Of a stretch of DNA of 64,000 bases, positions 54,178 to 64,000 are shown in pieces. A model generated the notes under the pieces. The model did not search any database, was not told where the DNA came from, and worked only from the letters and a program-made list of their open reading frames with translations. Made by a program: the position numbers and the translations under genes. Origin of the DNA: Dictyostelium discoideum (lineage: Eukaryota); the NCBI GenBank assembly GCA_000004695.1, contig CM000150.2, forward strand, positions 4,768,001 to 4,832,000, in the 5' to 3' direction. How positions within the stretch are numbered: the stretch's first letter is position 1; each line of letters opens with the position of its first letter.

Positions 54178-55193
54178 ATGTCATCAATTAATGGAATTGA
54201 TAATATAAAATTTGATTATGAATTTAGTAATTCATTATACTATAGGAATTCAATTTTCTTTTCAATAATATTTTTCATTATATATAAAAAGTCAAGTTAT
54301 ATTACAGAGAACTTTTTTGGAGAATTAGTTAAAAAAGCATATACAACATTAACAGAAAAAAAAAAATTAGAATGGGATCAAAGAGTAGTTTCAATGATAC
54401 ATGCATTTTTAGTTTTACCATTTTGTATAATTTCAGCTGTTGAATCATTTAAAGTAATTATTATTTAAACAATATATATATAATTTTTTTTTTTTTTTTC
54501 TCTAAACATTTCTAATTAATAATTTAAATATTTAGTATGGTGATATTTTTTATTTTCAAAATGATTCACTTTTAATGGTTTTGTCAATTTCTTCTGGTTA
54601 TTTCATTTGGGATTTAATAATTTGTTATAAAGATCCTAAATTAGTTGGAACTCCAATGATTATTCATGCAATAATGGGTTTATCTTCAAATATTTATGTA
54701 GCTGTAAGTATTTTTTTTTATTTTTTTTTTTTAAATAAAATAGGTGATCTTTATATTAATATGAAAAAAAAAAAAAAAAAAAAAAATGAAAAAATGAAAA
54801 AATGAAAAAATAAAAAAGTTACCACATGGAAGACCATGTTTTGTTCCAATTGTTGCAATTTTATTAATAACAGAAATTAGTACAATTCCATTAAATATGA
54901 AAGGATTCATTCAGGTTGTAAATTCAAAATCAAAATATTATAATTGGTCATTGGGTGCATTTGTAATTACATTTTTAGTATCAAGATGTATTATTGGATT
55001 ACCATTTGATATTTATTTAGTTTATGGTTGTATTCAAAGATGGGACGTTTTTCCAATGGATAAATCATTGGTATTCATAACAGAGTGTGGAATTCAATTC
55101 TTTTTAAATAGTTATTGGAGTTTCTTATTAATAAAAAAACTATATCAAACTTATTTAAATCCAATTCCAAATCATAAAAAAAATGAAGATTAA
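54178..55193 (+). CDS. TLC-domain (TRAM/LAG1/CLN8-like, TMEM56/TLCD-like) multi-pass membrane protein. 3 exons: 54178-54453, 54536-54703, 54819-55193.
   Basis: The joined protein has 5-6 hydrophobic helices, and the sequence IIHAIMGLSSNIYVA|LPHGRPCFVPIVAILLITEISTIPLNMKGF matches the TLC-domain core pattern. Donors are GTAATT and GTAAGT, acceptors are AG, and the frame is preserved. Confidence 0.55.
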
Positions 55194-55346
55194 AGAAATG
55201 AAATAAAAAATAAAAAATAATGTAAAATAAAATTAAAAACTGGATTAAATTAAATTATTTTTTGGATTTCAATAATTTTTTTTTTTACTTTTTTTATTCA
55301 TTTTCAACAAAAAAACAAATTAAGGAGAAAAAACTTTTTTATTTTT

Positions 55347-55379
<33 letters not shown>

Positions 55380-55386
55380 CACAAAA

Positions 55387-55422
<36 letters not shown>

Positions 55423-55454
55423 CTTTGCACATGTAATCAAATAGATAATTACAT

Positions 55455-55934
55455 ATGGATAGTTTTAAAACTTCAGGTTTTGATATATATATTTTTCAAA
55501 AAAATGTTTTAGAAGCATCTCTTATTTTTTATAAATCTGGTTTTTCTTTTGAAAAGAATGGTAAGTTTTATTTTATTTAAATAGTTTAATAATATTTTAG
55601 AAAAATGCTAATTTGTTTTTTTTTTTTTTTAAAAAAAAAAATAAAAGATGAAGGTGAAATTGCACTTTATATTGAAAAATGGGGATGTAAAGAGATACCT
55701 TTTCAAAACAATGTTAAAAGTTTTAAAGTAAATGGTAATGATATAGATGACATTGACGAAAATGATTGTTTCAAAACTATAGAGATTTATTTTTTAAGTG
55801 GATATCATAAAGTTACAATTAAAGGTGAAATTTCTAAAGAGATATGGCCAGAGTTTAAACAATTCTTAAGAGATATATATGGTTGTAAATATATAGATAA
55901 TAGTAAATTTCAATCTCATTGTGAAACTACAATA

Positions 55935-55986
<52 letters not shown>

Positions 55987-58412
55987 GTAGTAGTAGTAGT
56001 AATAAACCTTCATTTTCACTTGGAGGTGGTAGCACCAACTCTAAAATATCAAAATTCTCTGTTTTATCAAATAGTAATTTAAAATCTATTGCTGGGAAAT
56101 CAAATACAACAAATGAATTATTTCAAAAAAGACATAACCTTGTATTTGGCAATTTAGGAAATAAAATAACCGAACAAAATAACAACAACAGCAATAATAA
56201 TATTAATATTAATAATAAAATAAAATCGAATACTTCAAATGAAACACAATCAAATTCAAACAACACCATCGATGTAAAAAAGAATTACGAATTTTTTCGG
56301 AAACAATATGATATTATAAAAACCAAAGAAAACACGGACAACTATGATTTTGGTATTTTTAATGATATTGGTGATAACGATGAAATTGAAGAAGTTGTAA
56401 ATAAAACAAATTTAACTAAAAAAAGGGAAAGAAACGATGAAATAGCTGATAATAACAAATTTCAAAGAAAAGAAACATATGAATCATCATCAAGTTCCAA
56501 ATCTATAAACAGTAATTACTATAATAGTAATAGTAGTAGTAGTAATAGTAGTATTTTTAGTAGTAGTAATGGTATCAGTGGTAGTGGTAGTAAGAGTAGC
56601 TTAGCGATATCAGGAAAACACAAAGGTTTAAATAACCTTGGAAATACGTGAGTGTTAAAAAAAAAAAAAAAAAATTAATAGAAAATTACTAATTGTATTT
56701 TTTTTTTTTTTTTTAATTTTAGTTGTTATATGAATGCAATTTTACAATCACTTTTTGGTATTAAAAAATTATATAGAGATATTAAAGAGTAAGTGAATAT
56801 ATATTTTTTTTTTTTTGTTTCAATAAATAGTTTATTAATATTAATATTTATTAAAGCGTAAAGAATCAATATTTTAAAGATGATATTAAACTATATAACC
56901 AATTATTAAAAGTTTGGGATTCAGTGAATGATGACGAAGATGATTTATATTCATCTTTATTATTATTTAAATCAAGATATAGTAGAGATATTGGGGTTGA
57001 CACAGAGGATTTAAAAGATTGTATTGATAGTTTAATACCATATTTTAAAGGTTACTCACAACATGATGCTCATGAATTTTTAGTTTCATTTTTAGATTTA
57101 TTAGAAGAACAATTTAAATCATTTTTAATAAAGAAATTTGGTGGTGGTGATGATAATAATAATAATAATAATAATAATAATTATTCAAATAATAATATTT
57201 CATTAACTCTACAATCTTCAAATGATTCTTCAACTAGCAATAACACAGTGAATGGGGATAAGGATAGCGATAAAGATAGCGAAGAAGATGAGGCAGAGAA
57301 ATCATTAGAAATTGAAAAAATTAAAAAAAAAGAAATTAAAGAATTGAATGAAACTGTAAATTCTATCATTAAAGATATTTGTCCAATAACTGCTAATTTC
57401 AAATCATCAATAACAAATATGTTACAATGCTGTAAATGCAATGATATTCAATATTCTGTTGAAGTTTTTAATGATCTATCTTTAAATGTTCCAAAAAATT
57501 CCTTTAGGTATGCAAAATATATTTTCTTTTTTTTTTTTTTTTTTAAAAAAGTATATTCTAGATATTAATACTTATTTATTTATATAAAGTGAAGAGAAGA
57601 ATTTAAATCTTAGTGATTTAGTTGAACAATATTTAAAAGAAGAGATCATTGAAAGAAAGTGTTCAAAATGTAAACATGAAAAATCAAAAATAGTAAAAGT
57701 ATTTTCAAATGTGCCAAATATTTTAGTTTTACACTTGAAAAGATTTAAATTTGATACTTCAAGAAATAAATTTCTAAAGAATAACTATATTACTGAGCCA
57801 CTAGAATCTATAGTTTTAGATCAATATTCAATCGATATCCCTGAAAATAATGATGGGAATGTAAATAATGATAATAATAATAATAATAACGAAAAAGAAA
57901 AAGAAAAAGAAAAAGAAAAAGAAAAAGAAAAAGAAAAAGAAAAAGAAAAAGAAAAAGAAAAAGAAAAAGAAAAAGAAAAAGAAAAAGAAAAAGAAAAAGA
58001 AAAAGAAAATGAAAAAGAAAAAGAAAAAGAAAATGAAAATGAAAAAGAAAAAGAAAGTTTAAATGATAAAAAAGAATTTGATATAGTAAATGTAAAAAAA
58101 GAAATAATTAATGAAAATGTAAATATTAAAAATGAAATACAAAATGAAAAATTGGAAGAAATGGTCAATACTGATAATGGTGCTCTAAAAGAAATCATTT
58201 TAAAATCAAAAAAACAAACTGTAAATTATTCACTTCAAAGTATAGTAAAACATGATGGTACGCTTGATATTGGACATTATACATGTTGTATGAATGTAAA
58301 TAACTCTTGGAAACAATTTGATGACTCTGAAGTTTCTTCAACCGATAGAAATCAAGTTTTTTCAACTAAAAATGGTTATATATTTTTTTATTTAAAACGA
58401 TCAAAAAAGTAA
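55455..58412 (+). CDS. Ubiquitin carboxyl-terminal hydrolase (USP/UBP family, C19 peptidase). 5 exons: 55455-55560, 55648-56647, 56723-56788, 56857-57507, 57590-58412.
   Basis: Cys box GLNNLGNT|CYMNAILQSLF is split by an intron. QHDAHEFLVSFLD box is present. Zn-ribbon Cys pairs: CCKCNDIQ...CSKCKHEK. His box: DIGHYTCCMNVNNSWKQFDDSEV. All junctions (GTAAGT, GTGAGT or GTATGC donors with AG acceptors) keep the frame. A (GAAAAA)n tract encodes (EK)n between the catalytic boxes. Confidence 0.9.
57895..58062. repeat. (GAAAAA)n hexanucleotide repeat, about 27 units, inside the USP coding sequence (EKEKEK...).
   Basis: Direct tandem run. Confidence 0.9.
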
Positions 58413-58601
58413 TAACAATAAATAATTTTTTTTTTTTCCAAGTAATAAATATCAATCAAAAAAAAAAAAAAAATAATTTACAAAAAATAAGGAAAAAGAT
58501 GGAATTCTTTTTTTTTTTTTTTTTTTTTTAATAAAAATTTTAATTAAAATTTTATTTAGTGTATATTTATAATTATTATAATTATTGTAAATATATTTAA
58601 A

Positions 58602-58648
<47 letters not shown>

Positions 58649-58714
58649 GAGAGAAATTAAATATTTGGTTGTTCATTTTTAAAAAATGAATTATATAATT
58701 ATTTAAAATATTAT

Positions 58715-61700
58715 TTATAAATCATCGCCACATTTTCCAAATGTTTTGCATTGGGTCATTGGAACATGAATACATTTACCACCTTGTTTGATACTGCAGT
58801 AATCACAAGTAAGGACATTGTTATCATTACAATCCACTGGAGTATGGACGACACCGGTTGAATTGCAACAAGAGTCGACTGTACATGGGTTATTGTCATC
58901 AATAATAATTGGTGTATGAGTACAACCAGTTGAACAACATGAATCAAGAGTACAGAAGTTACCATCGTCGCAATTCATTGGGGTATGGACACAACCAGTT
59001 GAATTTGAACATGAGTCAATTGTACATGGATTATTATCATCACATTTCATTGGTGTATGAGTACAACCAGTTGAATTTGAACATGAATCTACAGTACATG
59101 CATTATTATCATTACATCCAATTGGAGTATGAGTTACACCACCTGATTGAGTACATTTATCTTCGGTACATGGATTATTATCATCAACATTGATTGGAGT
59201 GTGACAACAACCAGTTGAATTTGAACAGGAATCTACGGTACATGGATTATTATCATCACATGAAATTGGGGTGTGACAACAGCCAGTTGAGTTTGAACAT
59301 GAGTCAGCAGTACATTTATCTGTATAAATTATTAATTTATTAGTTAGTAAATTTTGATTTGTTAAATTTTTTTTTTTTTTCTTTTAAATAAAAAAACTTA
59401 CTATTATCATCGCAATTAATTGGAGTGTGGACACAACCGGTTGAATTTGAACATGAATCAGCAGTACATGAATTTAAATCATCACAACGAATTGGAGTAT
59501 GAGTAACACCACCATTTTGAGTACATTTATCTTCAGTACAGGCATTATTATCATCAACATTCATTGGGGTATGGACACAACCAGTTGAGTTTGAACATGA
59601 ATCTACGGTACATGGGTTATTATCATCACATTTCAATGGGGTATGACAACAACCAGTTGAATTTGAGCATGAATCTACAGTACAAGCATTTTTATCGTCA
59701 CAAGCAATTGGAGTATGAGTTACACCACCATTTTGAGTACATTTATCTTCAGTACATGCATTATTATCATCGACATTGATTGGGGTATGGACACAGCCAG
59801 TTGAGTTTGAACAGGAATCTACGGTACATGCATTATTATCATCACATGAAAGTGGGGTGTGACAACAACCAGTTGAATTTGAACATGAGTCTACGGTACA
59901 AGCATTTTTATCGTCACAAGCAATTGGAGTATGAGTTACACCACCTGATTGAGTACATTTATCTTCAGTGCAAGCATTATGATCATCAACATTGATTGGG
60001 GTATGGCAACATCCGGTTGAGTTTGAACATGAGTCAACAGTACATGGGTTATTATCATCACATGTAAGTGGGGTATGGACACAACCAGTTGAGTTTGAAC
60101 ATGAGTCTACGGTACATGCATTTTTATCATCACAGGCAATTGGGGTATGAGTGCAACCAGTTGAATTGGAACATGAATCCATTGTACATGCGTTGAAATC
60201 ATTACATGAGAGTGCAACATGTTGACATCCTTTTTCCCATGAGCAAAAATCTGAAGTACATGGGTTTCTATCATCACAAGACATTGGGGTATGGACACAA
60301 CCGGTTGAATTTGAACATGAATCAATGGTACATGGATTTTTATCATCACATGAAATTGGAGTATGAGTTACACCACCTGATTGGGTACATTTATCTTCAG
60401 TACAAGCGTTATTATCATCGACATTGATTGGAGTATGGACACAACCAGTTGAGTTTGAACAAGAATCTACTGTACATGCATTATTATCATCACATTTCAA
60501 TGGGGTGTGACAACAACCAGTTGAATTTGAACATGAGTCTACGGTACAAGCATTTTTATCGTCACAAGCAATTGGAGTATGAGTTACACCACCATTTTGA
60601 GTACATTTATCTTCAGTACATGCGTTATTATCATCGACATTGATTGGGGTATGGACACAGCCGGTTGAATTTGAACATGAGTCAACAGTACATGGGTTAT
60701 TATCGTCACAAGACATTGGGGTATGGCAACAGCCGGTTGAGTTTGAACATGAATCTACGGTACATTTATCTATAAAGTATTGAAAAAAATGTTAAATTAA
60801 AGTTAAAATTTTAGGATTTTAAAAATTTCCAAAAAACTTACTGTTATCATCGCAATTAATTGGAGTATGGGTTACGCCACCTGATTGAGTACATTTATCT
60901 TCAGTACATGCATTGTTATCATCGACATTGATTGGAGTATGGCAACAGCCAGTTGAGTTTGAACATGAGTCTACTGTGCATGGATTTTTATCATCACAGG
61001 CAAGTGGGGTGTGGACACAACCAGTTGAATTTGAACATGAGTCTACGGTACAGGCATTTTTATCATCACAAGCAATTGGAGTATGAGTTACACCACCTGA
61101 TTGAGTACATTTATCTTCAGTACATGCGTTGTTATCATCGACATTGATTGGAGTATGGCAACAGCCAGTTGAATTTGAACAGGAATCTACGGTACATGCA
61201 TTATTATCATCACATGTAATTGGGGTGTGGCAACAACCGGTTGAATTTGAACAAGAATCTGCGGTACAAGCATTTTTATCATCACAAGCAATTGGAGTAT
61301 GAGTTACACCACCTGATTGGGTACATTTATCTTCAGTACATGCATTATGATCATCGACATTGATTGGGGTATGGACACAGCCAGTTGAATTTGAACAAGA
61401 ATCTACGGTACATGCATTATTATCATCACATGAAAGTGGGGTGTGACAACAACCAGTTGAATTTGAACATGAGTCTACGGTACAGGCATTTTTATCGTCA
61501 CAAGCAATTGGAGTATGGGTTACACCACCTGATTGAGTACATTTATCTTCAGTACATGCGTTATGATCATCAACATTGATTGGGGTATGACAACAACCGG
61601 TTGAGTTTGAGCATGAGTCAACAGTACATGGGTTATTATCGTCACATGAAAGTGGTGTATGACAACAACCTGTAGAATTTGAGCAAGAATCTACGGTACA

Positions 61701-62014
61701 TGCATTATTATCATCACATGCAATTGGAACATGTTGACAACCTTTACCACATAAACAACTATCAGCTGTGCATGAATTACCATCATCACAGTTTACTGGG
61801 GTGTGAGAAATACCAGTTTTTGGATTACAAGTATCTACGGTACATTCATCATTATCATTGATATTAATTGGTGTATTTGAGCAACAACCGTTATTACATT
61901 TATCCAAAGTGCATTTATTACCATCATTACAATTTTCATCACATGTACATGATACTTCAGCTTTTTCAACGTTGGCTAAAAAAAAAATAATAATTAGAAT
62001 AAGTAAATTTTTTC

Positions 62015-62045
<31 letters not shown>

Positions 62046-62122
62046 AAACAAAACATTTAATCCATACCTAAAATTATACCAACAAAAGTGAATAAAATTA
62101 ATATTAAATATATTTTATTCAT
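58715..62122 (-). CDS. Secreted cysteine-rich repeat protein built from about 40 tandem 24-aa Dictyostelium-type extracellular-matrix repeats (Dicty_CTDC-like). 4 exons: 62122-62068 (signal peptide), 61975-60842, 60769-59402, 59319-58715. About 1050 aa.
   Basis: Signal-peptide exon MNKIYLILILFTFVGIIL-G|gtatgg joins to ..tttag|CCAACG, giving ANVEKAEVSCTCDENC. The body consists of CDD(N/K)N(A/P)CT(V/E)DSCSNSTGC(C/V)HTP(I/L)x(C/V)DD units 72 bp long. Two internal introns lie at the same place in a repeat (GATGATAAyA|gtaagt ... ttatag|ATAAATGTAC), so the repeat structure is unbroken. The last repeat is followed by a stop. Confidence 0.88.
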
Positions 62123-62869
62123 GATTGCAATTTTAATAAATAAATATTTGATTGGTTTTTTTTTTTTTTTTAGTTTTTTTTTTTTTTTTTTCTTTGTTTT
62201 TTATTTGTTTTATTTTATAAAAAATGAAGTGATAAAAAAAAAAAATTATTACTTCTATTTATACAAAAAAAAAATATATTTTAAAAAAATATTTTAAAAA
62301 TTAAAATAAAATAAAATATTATAATTGATCAATATTAATTATTTACCATATAAATGTGGTAATGATAACAGATGAAATTATAAAAAAAATAAAAAACAAA
62401 TTAAAAAAAAAAAACTACTACTATTGGAAGCTATTGCAACAGCTAATAGAAACAACAAAAACAGTTATCTACTTGACATCATCATATACATACTATGCCC
62501 AATTAAAAATATTTAATAAATAATTTGACAGCATTTTGTTTTTTTTAATTGAAATCAAATTGAAAATATCCAAAAATAAATTTTACTATGTAAAAAATAA
62601 CAATAAAACAATGTGATAAGTAAAATGAGATTTCCCAATGATTATGTATATAGTATTTTTATGGTGTATATGTATAAATATATATGTTGTTCAAAACAAA
62701 TCATATGATAATATTATTTTAAATTACAAATTATTAACCCCCCAACCCCCTATTAACACAGTAAAAAAAAACAAATAAAAAAAAAAATCTATTCTTTTTG
62801 TTATAAAATTTTAATTTATTTTATTTTTTATATTAGTGTTGATTATTTTCCTAATTGTAAAAATGGATT

Positions 62870-62902
<33 letters not shown>

Positions 62903-63513
62903 ATATTATTTATATAATAATTAGTATTTATTATAATAATTTACAAATCATACTATAATGATACGGGGTTAAAATTTTTTATTTCATCTCCTATTTCTAA
63001 CATTAAAAGGTTAAACCACAATTTAAAACCCACACTAACCCACTTGCTACTAAATTTTTAATTTTTTTAAAAAAAAAAAGTACCCAATGTGTAATTATGA
63101 TGATATTTTTTGTTTGCCAATTTATAAAAACTTATTTAAACAATTATCCATATATTTTTTTTTTTTTTTTTTTTTTTATGGTTAAATTATTTTATCGACA
63201 CAGACAATTTTGACATGAACTAAATTTCATTAAAATTGCAAATTTCTAAAATATTTCTGTGTGATTTAAATCCTATCTTTTATTATTTTATTATAATTTT
63301 TTTTTTTTTTTTTCTTACACATTTGTAAAAAAAACAAAATGTAATATACACCACATGATTGTTAAATTAAAAAACTTGTTATTATATTAATTTTTTTTTT
63401 TATATATTTATTTATTTATTTTATTATTTTTTTTTTTTTGTAATTTTCAAACTTAATTGGTTTTGTACAAATAAAAAATTGGTTGGTTTTGAAATAATTT
63501 TAAAATGGATTGT

Positions 63514-63544
<31 letters not shown>

Positions 63545-63596
63545 GTAGGAATATAAAGAACAAAAGAGTAATTTAAAATTTTAAATAGATTTTTAC

Positions 63597-63634
<38 letters not shown>

Positions 63635-63687
63635 TAAAAAAAAAAAGAAAAAATAATTTTCACTATTTTATAATATTTTAATATATT

Positions 63688-64000
63688 TTAATCACTATCA
63701 GAACTAGACTCTTCATTATCATAAAGATCATCATCATCACTGTCAGAATCTAAAAATGATAAAGATTTAGGTGGTGGTACTCTTGAACGAGTTGGACGAT
63801 TGGTTGGAGCCTTAATAACTTCATCATCACTGCTTTTATCATCGATTACTTTTGATTTTGAAGTTGTAGCTTTTTTAGTGGCGATGGTGGTAGGTTTCTT
63901 TGGAGGAGCCTTTGATCTCTTTGGTGGAGATTCTGGATCAGATCCTTGATCAGATTCTTGATCAGATTCTTGATCAGATTCATCTGATAACTCTATAACT
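63688..64000 (-). CDS. 3'-terminal 103 codons of an acidic, S/D/E-rich protein whose 5' part lies beyond the window end.
   Basis: The minus strand reads ...ELSDESDQESDQESDQGSDPESPPKRSKAPPKKPTTIATKK...DSDSDDDDLYDNEESSSDSD*, open to the window edge. Confidence 0.5.
   Translation of the reverse strand, partial: VIELSDESDQESDQESDQGSDPESPPKRSKAPPKKPTTIATKKATTSKSKVIDDKSSDDEVIKAPTNRPTRSRVPPPKSLSFLDSDSDDDDLYDNEESSSDSD

Noticed and set aside
59564-61579. Series of 71-aa plus-strand ORFs (MGYGHNQLSLNMNLRYMGYYHH...) arranged periodically.
   Set aside because: They are antisense to the 72-bp cysteine-rich repeat array. The period equals 24 codons, so the reverse frame happens to stay open. Their composition (H/Y/L/N-rich, no Cys pattern) and exact phase-locking to the sense repeats mark them as artefacts.
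58715-62000. Regularly spaced near-identical direct repeats that superficially resemble a CRISPR array.
   Set aside because: The repeat unit is 72 bp with no spacer/repeat alternation, it is coding (24-aa Cys-rich module), spliced by GT-AG introns, and sits in a eukaryotic genome. It is not CRISPR.

Overview
This window is nuclear DNA from a Dictyostelium-type social amoeba, not a prokaryotic locus. It is about 75-80% A+T, has short AT-rich introns with GTAAGT donors and (Y)nAG acceptors, poly-dA/dT intergenic spacers, and codon-level (CAA)n and (AAT)n tracts that give polyQ and polyN. There is no CRISPR array, rRNA, tRNA or bacterial operon. I reconstructed about 19 protein-coding genes by joining ORF-track pieces across introns. 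Reading them from the sequence: leukotriene-A4-hydrolase-type M1 aminopeptidase (6 exons), a K/E/N-rich nuclear-type protein, Sec16 (2 exons), LSM12 (3 exons), a DOCK-family GEF (2-3 exons), a RING transmembrane E3, a CGFS glutaredoxin, an eIF4E-family protein with a roughly 560-aa acidic tail, mitochondrial D-lactate dehydrogenase, a SCY1-like pseudokinase, a PH-plus-TIPE protein, a putative DUF4419 protein, a roughly 2100-aa PHD-finger/SET-domain protein, Mic60/mitofilin, a TLC-domain membrane protein, a USP deubiquitinase, a secreted protein built from near-identical 72-bp cysteine-rich repeats, and the 3' end of one more gene. The ORF track labels TTG/GTG first codons as M, so several of its starts are not real. 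The most interesting items are the cysteine-rich repeat array, the eIF4E with its tail, the PH-TIPE fusion, the split PHD-SET gene, a duplicated pseudo-exon at 7.9-8.2 kb, and coding-like sequence without an ORF at 4.5-5.46 kb.
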